Shown: positions 45,081 to 64,000 of the stretch, in pieces
Layout: every line of letters begins with the position of its first letter
Numbering within the stretch: position 1 is the stretch's first letter
Translations under genes and position numbers: made by a program
The notes under the pieces: model-generated
The model's database searches: none
What the model saw: the letters and a program-made list of their open reading frames with translations, nothing else
What the model was told of the DNA's origin: nothing
Assembly: GCA_025786725.1 (NCBI GenBank)
Contig: JAHLTZ010000005.1
Coordinates: 744,001-808,000 of the forward strand
From: Syncephalis fuscata S228
Lineage: Eukaryota > Fungi > Zoopagomycota
Direction of reading: 5' to 3'
Length of the DNA stretch: 64,000 nt

Positions 45081-46554
45081 GGTGATGTCGATTTTGTGGA
45101 ACAAATTGATATGAAAAACAAGATGGTATGGCAGAGAATAAACAAGAGAGAAAGAGAGAGAAAGAGAAATCAGAATGATTAAAAGCAGGCTACAAGCCTT
45201 GGCTATGTCCTATTTAAATTTACAGCAAAGGCAGCCTACTATATTCTATACTGCAGATAGTACTATTAAAACGTGATTCTAGCCAATGAAACTATGTCAC
45301 CTGATAGTGATAGCTGCATCATTATTATCGTCATTGCTCGGCACCCAATAAATAATCTTTGTAGTTGTCCTGTATTAAAATATCTCTTTATGAAAACATG
45401 GTTATTACACTGTGTAAAATGTTGAAAAAAGTCCAAATGAACGGTTTAAAAAATGAAAAGCGTTATATTAGTTACATTAATGATCGAATGATTTTTTTAA
45501 TTTTAGATTCAATGAAATTTTATTACTATGTCTTGTTTGAATGCAATGCTACAGTAATTATTTGTATTGCAGCTAAATTTCCATTATGAATATAAACTAC
45601 AACTGAAAAATATCGATCCAAATGTGCAATCCATATTGAAGCATGTATCTAGCGATCATCATATCGTAAGAAAGGATTAATTGCCAAAGTTTCATACAAA
45701 AAAGTTGTATTGATCAATAACGTCTTGTTGTAAACATTATCGCTTCCACTGGTGTGCCTAACACACATCAAGAACTATACTAGTCACAGATCTCGGTAAT
45801 AAAAATTCCGCTTGAACGGAGTTGTAAGGAATATCCAATCAAACATATGTATACTATATTTGAATATTGTGCGCATTCAGCAATTGAGTAGTGATTTACA
45901 GTAGCATCTGTCTGTCTTGAAATTTGAGCATTTCTATAACCATTGAATGTTGAATTCCACACTAGTTGTTATTGAAATAAAGTATTTTTTAAACAAATAA
46001 ATGTTTTTGGAATTTTTATATAAATTGATGTCGAATGTTCTACAGTCTATATGCATCGTTCGACAATCATACCATATGGAGTTGAAATTTATATTTATTT
46101 GTAACAAGTTTAATCTCAGCACATTTATACATATTTATACATAAAAGTATCTTTTTAACATATGTAAAACATTGCATAGTCTTAAGCTCAATCAATTTTG
46201 CTACATATATGTAAATTGCCATTTTGAGTTGCGGTCGGTAATGTAACATTTTAAACTCGGTTACTTTTGCCATTATGTAGATTACCTTTTTGAGCTACGG
46301 AGAATATTGCTGCGGTTTTAAATCCAGCTGGATTTACACGTGGCATATTCGCATTACCTTTTTTATGCCAGACAATTTATCGGTCATAATCTTTTAAATT
46401 TGCTATAAAATGCTCATAGCTTAACCATCTATTACTCCATATACTCCTCATACACACTTCGCTTATACTGCTATCTCTAGAGGCACTTTACGAATTTTAC
46501 TTTTACATAGAGCCTACAGCCTACTACCCTTGTCAAACAATTAAATTTGCCATA

Positions 46555-47679
46555 ATGCTTTCCAATTCCAAGTCTCTCATTGCCCTCTTGGTCGCTGCAT
46601 CGACACTAGTATCTGCTAGTGCACCTTCTGTGTCGTCTGGAGCCGCTCAAGACCTAGTGAACGAACGTCAGGGACTACTATTTGGAAGAAAAGCTTTATT
46701 TATTCCAGAATTTACCGGTACGATACAACATTAAGTCGACTATGTCGCCAAATGAATCTTAATAAGATTGAAAAGCAATATTAAACATGTATTCTAACCT
46801 AAATTTACATATTTGCTTAAACACATCAAAATAACATTTAGTTAACGAAATATTTGAAGGAAAATTAAACAGGCCTGGTGTATTCGGTATACCTAATCTT
46901 GTTGTCGAAAAAGCATTCTATAACGAAGGTGGTTATATTGTAACTAGCTCAAGAATAGGCAAAAATAAAGTACAATTTATTTGCGGAGATGACAGAACAA
47001 CAGCATCAACTTTTCGATTCTTTATGGTATGTTCACATATAATATTAGTCTATTGCTAACGTGCTTAAATAAATAACAGGATGCCTATACGCATTCAGAA
47101 TCCAATCCAGCGCTTTTTACAGGCACTGAATATGTCACTGGTCCTACAACGCGAATAGTAGAATCCAAAGTTGAATGTTTTCTGGGTACTCAAAGCAATG
47201 GCGGCACATCTTTGGACGATCTAATTGCAGAAAAAAACATATCAACTGATGCAGCAAAGCAATATATTGAACGAATTTCAAAAGGTAAATGAATACATAA
47301 TTAAAATAAGCACTATTAACATAGCATCAATTAGGTCTACAGTACATGCGCAAAATAGGATGGATTCCTACCAATATGGATTATAGTAAGCCTGATTAAG
47401 CTTTATTCTGCATTAAAACGACACTAATACGTCGGTTTAGACTTTGTTGGCGATAAAACTGGATATCTATTCTACAGATCCCATGCCGACAGTGTTGATT
47501 TGAACTCCAAAGATTTAAGTCCAGTTATGAAAGATAAGGCAATTAAAAGCTATAACGAAAAGCTTTGGGAGATATTCACACAGCTATACAAGATAATTCT
47601 TAACACCAAGGATGTAAAAGCGGCAAAAAAAGAGGCTATAAAGAATCACTCTAACTTGGCAATAGCATTTGGCCATTAA
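46555..47679 (+). CDS. Secreted protein with degenerate kinase-like fold, 5 exons (not in ORF track)
   Basis: MLSNSKSLIALLVAASTLVSA signal. GT-AG introns ~46718-46841, 47027-47079, 47285-47334 and 47386-47440 give an open frame ending LAIAFGH*. Contains GVFGIPNLVV and IERISKGLQYMRKIGW (kinase alphaE-like). Confidence 0.75.
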
Positions 47680-48470
47680 AATCAAGTGTTATCGATTAGA
47701 TTCTTGCCATAAAGTCAGAACTATCGTATATTTAATCAATTTTGATTGTTTACGGGTGCAATGTCTAGTAATATTACAAGTTATGCTATTTTGAATTGTA
47801 AAATGAAATGCCATCACCAATAAATCCGACTTTAGATAATTGCTATTCTTTAATTGTTACTTTTTTGATGTTTTTAATAATTAATAATGATTAAATTGAG
47901 CAAACTGCTTATTAATTTGCTTATCATAATAACGCTAATAAGTTTATTTATACGATAGTAGCTAGAAATATATGCGTTATAATATGCACGCTATACATGA
48001 ATAGAATGGTGGTATTTTACACATCAGTCTATGCCATATATATATATATTCAATGACATAGAATATCGCGATGAAATTGTTTGAATACTATGTATAAATA
48101 TAAATATCCAAAGCTTATATATAGACGTAAAATACAGTTGATAGTCGGTGTAGATAAGGTATAGTCTAAAAAATATGCCGTTTGATGCATCATCATGCTA
48201 CATTCAGTATAATTAAAATAATAGAACAAAAGAACGTAAAATGTAAGCGTACAATTTATATTAAAACATATCTTCAACGGTAATTATAGCAAAATATAAT
48301 AACTATCTTTAGATTTTATTACTTTCATTTCAGATATGCTAATCAAAGAACAGGACGATTCTATCAGTGTGACATTGACAATTCATTTATTCACTTTCGT
48401 TACTGCTCTGACACTCCATTTTACTGTACTTGCATTATTGTTTATAATTCGAGCTATAAGCCTATCGACC

Positions 48471-51794
<3,324 letters not shown>

Positions 51795-52483
51795 TACCGC
51801 CATTGAATATAATAAATAGAATACCATTGATTCCAAGTAGATATATGCAATTATAGATCTACCATGCTTAATGTATAGGTATAGGTATAGGTATAGGTAT
51901 AGAAATAAAGAAAGGAGGCATCTATATATAAATAGGATGATGTATAAAGTGATGGGTATATGATCAATGTATGCAGTGTTGTATCACCGACATCGAATTG
52001 ACATCCCCCTTGAAGAATACCAAGAAATATGGCATTAACTGATGGGTGTCCATTTTTCTTATACAAGTGACTAGTGTGTATACGCGTCTAGTTTTTACTT
52101 TAACACCACTTAAAACACTTCTTTCTACTTCTTCTACTTCTACTTCTACTATCTATTTAGATTAGTGGTCTATTCTCTTTTATTCTCATCTCATCAAGTG
52201 CCTTGTAGAAACATTGATGGTTGTTGTTTTGGTATAACTGCGCTATTGATTCTCCACTTACTCTCCTTTGTGTGAACATAAATAGTCCCTTGTTCGCAGG
52301 CGAATACCACGAGTGCTGTCGTTCTAACTAGCGTGCCATCTCTTTACACTAGCATAACCAAGCGGTTGCATTATTGGTTCTATATATACCCATATATACA
52401 ATTCTTTCTTTACTCTTCAACTCTTTAGCTGCTAGTCGAACAAGTATAGTCGTGTGTAGTTACTTACTCGACGATAGCCTACT

Positions 52484-55400
52484 ATGCTATACTCGATACG
52501 CACGCTGTTGCGTCGTTGGCAGCCTGCATCGTTCAATGATCCCGCTCACTTATTCTCATCCCGTTGGCCGTCCATTTATAACCAACGAATTAAAGCAACC
52601 ACTCTACTCGGTCTAGTATTTGCGGGTATAATACTTGTAGTGTTACTTGGTTATATGACTGTAGTCAATCATCAAATGATAACCAGATCACTGTTAATCA
52701 AGCCTAAAACAACAACAACAACAACAACAACAGATGCAGATACAACAGTGTCACAACCACTTGATAAATTACTAGCCACCAAGCCTCAATTACCTTTATT
52801 ATCAATTAATAATGAGCATACAGCCAATTCATTACATCCACATGTCTATCCAATGGATCATGAACAGTATCGTTATTATGTTTTATCGTTAACCGACGAT
52901 CATATCGATGAAGTGGCTTCATTACTTGAAATTGATTATGTAGGACCTGTAGGAGAATTGGCATCATTTCATTTATTCCGTACCTCTTTGAATAACATTG
53001 ATGTATCAGTTCATTCTACTAAACCAACCTCATCCCTATTGTCTATTATGGGCGATAGTACAATGAGTTGTTCAACGCTAGTTAAAAGATCTTCATTGGC
53101 CAAACGCGATATTCAATATTTAGTTGATAGAGATGAAGTGATGCAACAGTACAATTCATTAGTTGAATCAACACTACATCCAAATCGTTTAAGTCGACGA
53201 GATATTCAAGTGGTACTGTCAATTAAGCATATATCACCACAAATCCCTTATAAACGACATCGACGTGGTGTTGTTTCATTTAAAGGCAATTTTGATCAAC
53301 AAAAGAAGATTGTTAATGCATTAGGCATTCACGATCCAGGCTATCGTTATCAATGGCATCTCTTTAATCGTGATCAGGCAAAGAATGATATCAATATTAC
53401 TAGTGTATGGCAACAAGGGATTACTGGCAAGAATGTGGTTATTGCACTCGTTGATGATGGTATTGATTTTACTAGTGAAGATATTAAAGAAAACTTTGTA
53501 AGTATTATATATATATGTATATATGTATATATGCATATAGATAGATAGATAGATAAATTAAGATTAGTAGTTTCTAACTAGTTATATAGTTTGCTAAAGG
53601 TTCCTATGATTTTAATGATCATGTTAAAATGCCTATGCCTCGTTTACCTGAAGATGTACATGGTACACGGTGTGCAGGAGAAGTAGCTGCTGTACGTAAT
53701 AATGTATGCGGTATTGGTATTGCGTATGAAGCAAAAGTAGCAGGTAAATACTCATTTATTTATCGTATTTACAAGTTAATATAACTATTTAATAGGAATC
53801 CGTATTCTATCATCAGATATTACAGATGTCGATGAAGCATTATCGCTCAACTATGGCTATCAAGATAACCATATTTATTCTTGTAGTTGGGGTCCACCTG
53901 ATGATGGTCAGTCAGTAGATGGACCACACACAGTGGTACTTGATGCCATGATCAACGCTATTCGTAAAGGACGTGACGGTAAAGGCACTGTATTTGTATT
54001 TGCCTCTGGTAATGGCGGTATCAATGATGATCATTGTAACTGCGATGGCTACACCAATAGTATCTATTCGGTAACAGTCGGGGCTATTGATCGATATAAC
54101 CAACATCCATACTATTCCGAGGCATGTTCAGCCATGATGGTCGTTGCTTATAGCAGTGGCAGTGGCAGTTACATAGTAAGTACCCAGTATAGTTACCGGT
54201 GGATGTTATTAATAGCTGAATAGTATACAACGAATAATGGACAAAATAAATGTTATGGGCAACATGGCGGTACATCGGCCGCTGCTCCACTAGTAGCGGG
54301 TATCTACGCCCTTGTTCTATCTATTCGGTAATTATTTTACAGTTATATAATTGGTGAAACTCATTGCTGTTCAATAGACCCGATTTAACGTGGCGAGATA
54401 TACAACATTTAACTGTGAATTCAGCTGTTACTTTTAATGAAGAAGATAAAAGTTGGTCTAAAACCGCCACTGGTCTAATGCATAGTAACAAGTATGGATT
54501 CGGTAAAATTGATACATTCCGTATAGTTGAACTAGCCAAGAACCATACCATAGTTAATCCACAAGCCTTTATTGAAAGTGACATGTCCCATGTTAATCAA
54601 ACCATTCACTATGGACGAGATGGAATTAATAATTCTATTACACTGACTCAATCACAAATGACCACCCATGGATTCCAACATTTGGAACATATTACAGTCA
54701 CCGTGAATATTGAACATGACCGTCGAGGTGATCTAGAAGTGTTCTTAATATCGCCCAATCATGTGATATCTAAACTATCGGCCATTCGTAAAAATGATCA
54801 AAGTCTAGATGGATTCAAAGATTGGACATTTATGACTGTTAAGCATTGGTAAGTAATGGGGTATTTATTGTTGTTAATACTAACCATATTATAGGGATGA
54901 ATCACCCATTGGAGAGTGGACATTGAATGTACGGGCCAATATCAATCCTAGACTAAAAGGCCGTCTAGTAGATTGGAGGATTAAATGGTGGGGCAGTTCA
55001 GTGTCTAATCACTCGACCAATGCACCATCTATTGCACCTATACCAGCACCTATGCCGATAGCCACCAATACTACATCTACTTCCAAGATAGCAGTTGAAC
55101 CACCGAATGAACAGAATAAGACAATGGCTTCTGCTCATAACAGCACGACCGATGAAGCCAATCAAGCTAATAGCACGATGAGTATTAATCCAAATAATCC
55201 TGGATCAAGTGTCGCTCGAATGCACTTTATTGGTTATGCAGCATTTGGTGTTGTACTCGCTCTAAGTATTGCCGGTCTAGCTTATTGGGGCAAGAAGCGA
55301 TTCTATGACCGTCGTCGACGTGGTTATGGCAATGATGGGTATGAATTCCATGCCTTGGATCTAGATGCAGATACAGATACAGTGAATGGTATTACACAAC

Positions 55401-55711
55401 AAACCCGTCGATATGTAACTACGCGTGAATTGTATGAGGCATTTGGTGAAGACGATGATGATGATGATGAAAATGATAGTAATAGTCAGCATGAAGAAGA
55501 TGAGGAAGAGGATAATGAAGAGGGTAAACGTATGCTTAATACTAAATCCATAGAATCTACATTGCCTATAACATCATCGATAGCCAGAACAACCCTTAAT
55601 TCATCTATTACTACACCAACACGGGCACGTACAGGAGAATTAATGTATGAAAATGAATTACTGTCTGAAGATGATGATGATCCAAATAATCATCCATCCA
55701 CGACTCATTGA
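52484..55711 (+). CDS. KEX2: Kexin (subtilisin-like proprotein convertase) with P domain, TM helix and acidic tail
   Basis: ALVDDGID, HGTRCAGEVAA, YSCSWGPPDDG, VFASGNGG, HGGTSAAAP, RPDLTWRDIQH, P domain WTFMTVKHW, TM helix, YEF tail. Confidence 0.96.
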
Positions 55712-55920
55712 TCCTATTCAATTGACATCTATTAATTGCCTCTATTCAGTCATTCATTATCTATTCATTCTATGCATACTGAAATACATACATACATACA
55801 TAAATATATATATCCACACACACTATCTACACATATATCTCTATATAATACTTTTGAATAAAATGAATCGTATTTGTAGTTTATGAATGATCGATGCACC
55901 ATAATAAAGAAGTATTTTCA

Positions 55921-57042
<1,122 letters not shown>

Positions 57043-57184
57043 CTAGAAGGCAAGAACGTATTGAACTATCATTGCGTCAGCATGATTGATGATTGGTGGC
57101 GGATTATAGAGAATGGTTCTGAGTGATGATTTCATTATATCACGTGATTATATTATTTATGCTAACAAAGAGGAGCTACTGTGA

Positions 57185-57865
57185 CTCCCTCATTTTTTAT
57201 TTATCTATTTCACTCCATTTTTAAATACAACTAAACATTCATTCAACTATAACTGTATAATATTGCATCCAAAATTAATCAATTCATGTGTAATTATCAA
57301 TACAATAATGTAATTAAATATGCACATTACGGTATTAGTTGAAGTTGAAATAACATTCAATAAAATAAAAGGCTTTTTACACTGAATTGTTAAATATCTT
57401 TGTTGAAATGGTCTACAAGTATAAAATAATAAAATAATTGCTATTAGTAAATATAACTATTATAATATCAAATGTGGTTCAAGTAAACAGAAACAAGATA
57501 GAAAAGAAATAAATCATATAACAGTTTGATGCGCAGTATGCAAACAGGCAACAAAATAATGAGAACGATATGGAATCGCAATCATATGGCTTCTATTAAT
57601 ATGCGATCAATCTTTCTACACATGGCCAACAACAACAATATCGACCTTAAATGTTTAAAGAAATCAAATAGTATGTTACATTGTTTATTTAAATGTTTAA
57701 AATTATTATTGATACATTTCTGTTACAATCAATTCTTTCTATGAAAATGATAATGACATTACATTACGTTAATATTTATTGTGAATGATCATTTAAACAC
57801 AAATTAATATAATCAACTCGTCAACTATTTAAATCGTTACAATTGATTGTGTAAAATGATTTGCT
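57185..57865. repeat. Dispersed repeat family, copy E (internally deleted)
   Basis: Matches copy D at the 5' end and copy C at the 3' end. Confidence 0.8.
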
Positions 57866-58013
57866 GCTTTGGGGACTCCAAATGTGGGGCCAATAAAGGA
57901 TGATGTGGAATGAATCACCACTAACAATTACCTAACTATTCTATAGTGTCGTGCTTATTTTTTATGTTACCACTGTTGCTATTTCCTTTATTTCTTACTT
58001 AGTTGTTATCAAT

Positions 58014-61000
58014 ATGTTAGATTTAAATGAATGTGCTCTTTATTAGAGTCGCCAAGTCGACTGAACGACAAGAAGGCGAAGCATTATTGCAACGGACACT
58101 TACGGCGTATCGACGCGAAATGTCCGAGCAATACACGTCTAATGACTGGGCTCGACTCATTGAAGCACTACTTGTATCAGTGGAGCTTGAACGCGCCGCT
58201 TTAATTGCCAAAACACGAACTGCAGCTGGTCAGGCACGATTGGAAACGCGACTTTCTCGACTAGCCCGTGATCTGTGTAGTGTATTGGATATAGGTCACT
58301 CACAATTAACACCGCGTATTGTACGTGCTATTTGGGAGAACGCCCTTGGTGTATTGCCACTACGCGAAGATGAACTATGTAAACCACTACTACTCGACTA
58401 TGCCCGTATACTTAAATGTCTATTATGCCAACCTGTTTATCGTAATCGTATTGTATCGCCTGATTGGGAACAATTAGTAGAGATTTGTCGATGTGGATTA
58501 AATCATATTTGTCAACGTGTAGAGAAACATCAAAGTCAGTCACCAGAACAGCGTAAGTCATTAATGATAGCTATCATAATTAGTGCATTAATATATTTAT
58601 TGATTAGGGGCTATGGAAAGTGAATTGGCCCAATTACTATGTGTGTTATTATCGGTAGAGACTGTTTCATTGGTAGAACATACTACGGCGCTACTTGATC
58701 TTTTATTGGATTACTTTAAGCATAGAGATACTGAAACAAGTGGACGTGCTTATATGTTGGCGGCTACAAATCATCTACTTTATGAAATTGGTATTAATAA
58801 GCTGGAAGAAGTACAGCAATTTACACGTACGGTATTTCCATTTATTGCTGCTGGATGGGATACAAAAGATTTAACTGTACGAAGACTTGTATTTCAATTT
58901 ATGCAATGCCACTTTATTGATTTACATTCATTCATGGAAACAATATCTTGTATTGAAGAAGAAAAAGAAGAGGATAATGAAGATACTGATGAAGAGGAAC
59001 GGCATAAATCTCCTATGAATAATTCAATCAAATCGGTTAAATCGTTATTATATACACAACAATTATCTTATTATGATTATTTAGTTACTGAACTATCATC
59101 GATGCGTTTATTTATGCCATTACGTATTGAACATATACACTTTTATAGTGGACATCCTTATAATTCAGTATTTAGTGATAATAATAATAATAATAATGAC
59201 GATGAGAAATTACAACTATTTACTCAACCAATGATAATAGCTTCATCTTTATTAATGGAAGATAGATCGATGGTTACTAGTTGGTCAACATTAGTATTAA
59301 CAGCACATATATTCCTTTCAGTGGGTATTCAACAACAGCAACAACAACAACAACAAGAAGAAGAAGAACCACAGAAAGAGGAACAAGAATTAGAACCATC
59401 AAATAGCGGTAATTCAAGTAAAAAAACTAAATTATCGCAAAGAAACGAACGACCTGTAAAGAAAAGTCGTTTTACAGACTTTGTTGAATTATTTCTTATT
59501 GAATTACAACGACCTTATTCTTTTACTACTGAAATACATACACAAAGTTATCATCAATTATTGTTTTTTATACTACAGGATACACAACGGGCGCGTTATT
59601 ACTTTCAACCAAAACATTATCCAATACTTTTACGTCATTATTTGATCGTATTGAAATAGGTCGACCTGAATTACAAGCATGGGCATTTGCTTGTATAGCT
59701 GCTCTTATTCGACTAGCCTCAATAGAGCAACTTGATGAACTGTCTCGCTATCTACTAGATGACTATTATCTTGATCGATTTATTACAGAAATTAGTACTA
59801 AATTAAATAGTGCCCATGTCTCTGTGCGTACCTCACATTTACTACTAGTGAGTGTGGCGTATCAATGGCCATTACCACGTACTATAGGGTCAGTGTCAAC
59901 ATTAATAGAGGAGAAGCCATGTATTACATTAGATACACTCCTTTCTATGACCAATACATTTACAACACCTATTGCTTTGGAATTACTGGTACAAGTGGGT
60001 CTATTATCATTTACATCTACATCTACATCTACATCTACCGCATCTAATGATTTACATGTCAATCGATCCAGTTTAATTGAAGCATTTTATGAACAATGGC
60101 AATTACAATTATCTAATCAATCTAATGGTACAGAAGTAGTAAACGAAGTATGGTCATTAGATACACTGCAATGGTTACGCTACTTCTTTCCAATGTTGAC
60201 TCGCACAAAACCGGGTTTGTTAAAACGACCTTGTTTATCATTAACAGCAACTATGTTATCAGAAGAAGTTATCTATGCTCTACGATCCATCACATTACAA
60301 CGTTATACTAATGGATTAAAGAGTCGACCATTACTATTAGCTAGTAATACAAATAAGCATGCATCGGATAAAGAACATAGTATAGAAGGCGTGACTCAAT
60401 TATCTAATCTATGTCTACGACTTGTTCAACTAGTCGATAGTAATAGTAGTAATAATAGTAATAACAATCAAGTTAAACAACATTTAACTATGTATATTTA
60501 TACATTAACAGTCATTAGTTTTATAGCAATATCTATTATTGATGATCCAGTAATGACGCCAGTATTCTTTTCTGATGAACTAGTTAATTCAGTAGAAGGA
60601 CTGGTTAAATCGATACAACAAATACCTAATGAAGTAATTGGATCAATTGATGTATTGGTATTGATAGATCAACTAATTAGACTTGATACACGTCAGCCCT
60701 ATTTAATTAATCCGTCGAATATTAATGTAAAAGATTATAAATTGGCCCATCAACTATCTCAGGTGTGGCATCGCTTTGCCATATTGCCATTGCTTCAGTC
60801 ATGGATTGATCAATGGTCACCTATTATATCTGATATTATTAATGATGATGATGCATTAATAGCCACTAAACAAGAATCACCATCAATGACTACCACCACT
60901 ACGGTCATGGCTCATTTAGACGACAATAATAGTATTAATATGAATATTAATAATAACGATACTATGGTATTAGATGAATTTGCCGATTATGATACTATTC

Positions 61001-64000
61001 ATTTATGGACACGACGTGAACATGTACAATCTAATCGGCTATTTTTAAACTTTTACCGTTTACCAATTCTATCCAATCGATCAACACTGTCATCATTACC
61101 TGCGTCTAATCAGCGTGTGATACGGGCCAAACAAGCTATCATGTCCACTTTAATAGCTGATCTATTAATTATTCTAGTTGAATTGGACGACCCAACTACT
61201 TACTGGTCAAGATTAACAAATCGTTTACTTCATTATAATACACTCCATCTATTAAATGATCCTTATATTCAATTGTCATCTACATCGGTGATAGAAGAGT
61301 TGCTATCAACCTATCAAACATTACTTGAGAATCGACAAACTGAAAAGGATCGAGATGCGCTAATTACGGTGTTACGTGGATTTAGTGGTGTATTGCAGTT
61401 AATTCAACAAAATAGACAACTGGAATTAACACCAACACTATTTGATCGTATCAAAGTGGTCGTTGGATGGTTTGATAAATTAAACGGTAAACGTGTACTG
61501 CCATGGCGTGTACGCATTGAATATTATCGATTAGTGGCCACTTTATGGTCTATAGCAGATGTCACTAAAGATGTAACCGCATCTTCAGCTTTATTTATTA
61601 ATTTACTAGGATCGATTGATGATGGAGAATTCTTAATTCGCATAGCCTCTACTCATATATTCACCCAGGCCATTACTATTCATTCTGGTGGATTATCATC
61701 AACCAAATTTGAAATGATATTACATCGACTTAATGTACTTGATCATACTGTATCATCGACTATTTCACGACTATCTATGCTTGCCCATTTAATCATATTG
61801 ATCCAGGTCGATTTGGCGATACGTTATTACCTGAATTATTTAGATTTAAATTGATGTATCCACCATTAATGAATTACTTGAAACGACTACTTTATACGAT
61901 TGCCCATTCATTAGACTACGATACTTGTGAATCATTGTTATGGGCTTATCGACGGCCGATCATTGTTACGGCTATTCATGAGGATCGATTATGGCAATTG
62001 CCTATTCAGCTATTTGGTACGGAAACCATGGAAAAGTTTTGTGAAAAGCTTCAAGTATTACTGGCCTCTTGTTTAATGGCTTCTATGACTGTTCAGTCCA
62101 CCTCTATTGCCGAACATCATTTAATACAACTGGCTCAACATTTGCATATTCAATTAGATGCACTATTAATGAATCATTATGCCGCTATTGTAGCCGTTAT
62201 TCTGCCCATGTACTTCACCGATCGCCGTCAAGATGCTGATTATGTTGTTAAACAATTTCTACGCCAACGATTAGGCGCTAATCGATTTGATCGTTTAATG
62301 TCACAACAAATTGCTGGTGTACTTGGCCAATTACTGGCCCTTACCTCCAATCCAGATCATATTCATTTATTGGAACGATTAACGTCGCAACAAGTCACCC
62401 AGGAACGGCTAGCGCGTATTATAGTTAAACCACCCATCAGTAGTGATGCTACTACTGCTACAACTACTACAACTACGACGACAGTCATATCTACGCTTTA
62501 TTATTCAGTTGAAGTGATATTACAAGCAGTTGAATATCTAGCCCATATGTTTAATGAAGGAACATTGGGCGAATTTCTTAAACCGTTAAGACTATCGTTT
62601 ATATTCCATAGTTTATTTGAAAATATTGAAAAGTTAAAGAATATTGAAGAACAACGCCGTCTATTTAATATTTTTGTTTAATCACTGCCATGAGTAATAT
62701 GAATGATGGCACTAATAGCTATCTATTACGTATGCTTATGTATAGAACAGCTAAACTATTAGGATCAACAGCCCATCTAGTTAATACGACAAATCGATTA
62801 CTACTCTATTTAGGCGAGATGGTTATTGAACCTATTAAGACATCACTATCAGGCAACGTTAGCGATATTCTATTTCTATTTGAACAAATTATTCCAGAGA
62901 TGATTTCAGTTGCCATGTCCAATCCATTGGGTGAATCGATTAATACATCATGTTATGGCAAGTCATTCGACAATTAACAAGTACATCAACAGAAGGCATA
63001 GAGGATAGTTCAGTTAAACAATCCATTGATCGTATTATAGTATTAGTGACTTGGGTAGAGAGGTCGTCTAATACATCAACTATCGATCCATTAACACCAA
63101 GTGAATCGGCTTTACTTTATAAACGTTCATATTTAAAGTTACGGGGACCAATTCAACAACAATATATTACAGGGTTACGACAAACAATAACCACTGATTT
63201 ATCATCTCATACCAATACGTCTAAACCGCTTAACTTTCTCGTTACTTCGTTAAAGACAGCAACGGATATTAAGGCCAAAAGTAATATACTTTACTGTCTA
63301 GGTGAATTAAGTGCCTATTTTGATCGTAATCAATACAACGATACACTTAAATCCACCCAGAATATTAAAAGAAAGTCTACTGATGGTGTCGTTGAAGCAG
63401 CTCGTCGATATGGTGTTGATATGGTAATACGTCTGCTATTTGATGATGAAACAATTGTTAGTGGATTTGCCGCCCATATTCTAATGCGTATATTTGCCAC
63501 TGAAGAGGGCGGCACTATATTCCGTGGGTTAGACGATGAATCACGTCATCTATTATCTATATTCTCTAGTGCACATCAACCATCATCAGATAGTATAAAA
63601 GGCATTTCATTAACGGATAAAGTATGGCGTAGTCATACAGATAACTTTGACCAATGGATTCGTACTGCCACTTGTACTATAATCGATGCAATAGGCGATC
63701 CTGTACTACGTCATATGGTTAAACTGTTAGATTATCGGCCACGTCTTGGTGTTGATCTATTGCCTAATATGGTCCACTTGCTACTCTATAGACATGCCAC
63801 ACGACATCCTACTTGTCAGCATAGCGATGAACATTGTCCACGCTATCAATTATCAATAGCATCGAATGAATGGCTGAAACAAATGGTTATGGAACATTCA
63901 ACAGCAACTTCAGTATTGTCATTAAATCAGCAGTTAATTACAGATACTATACTATCCATTATTGCTTATTTAAGAGGTCAAATGAAACCATCTGAAGCAA
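58014..64000 (+). CDS. TEL1: Probable Tel1/ATM PIKK, N-terminal HEAT region (runs off the window; several 1-nt frameshifts)
   Basis: N-terminus resembles the TAN motif (L..KSTERQEG..L; WARLIEALL..ELER; RLETRLSRLARDL), followed by a long helical HEAT-like region with CLGEL at ~63295. The kinase domain is not in the window. Confidence 0.65.

Overview
Eukaryotic, AT-rich, intron-dense fungal DNA. Gene content and the short GT/GC-AG introns fit an early-diverging fungus, possibly a Zoopagomycota mycoparasite such as Syncephalis (inference only). Many conserved genes carry isolated 1-nt frameshifts, typical of long-read assembly error. Housekeeping genes: POT/PTR2 peptide transporter, SAM methyltransferase, UDP-glycosyltransferase, WS/DGAT, alpha-arrestin, EPT1/CPT1, VPS34, CCT1, SUT1-like sugar transporter, CLC channel, KEX2, PUP2 and the 5' part of a probable TEL1/ATM. 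There are also two secreted kinase-like genes and a 5-copy dispersed repeat. Main discovery: the apparent ~80-bp tandem repeat at 15.1-17.7 kb is a minus-strand gene. Its repeats are duplicated introns and its variable spacers are 33 micro-exons of 3 or 6 nt. Splicing by hand, with one restored base, gives a 69-aa secreted precursor with a signal peptide, an RR site and six cysteines: MKLSIAAVCTIVVAIVASTSMVDAKPTLVRRGGQLSKQCKDCIAACIREQLASEVYCRVDYCKKKGSCP. A paralog with the same leader and the same 3-nt exon design lies at 44.1-45.1 kb. Neither gene appears in the ORF track.
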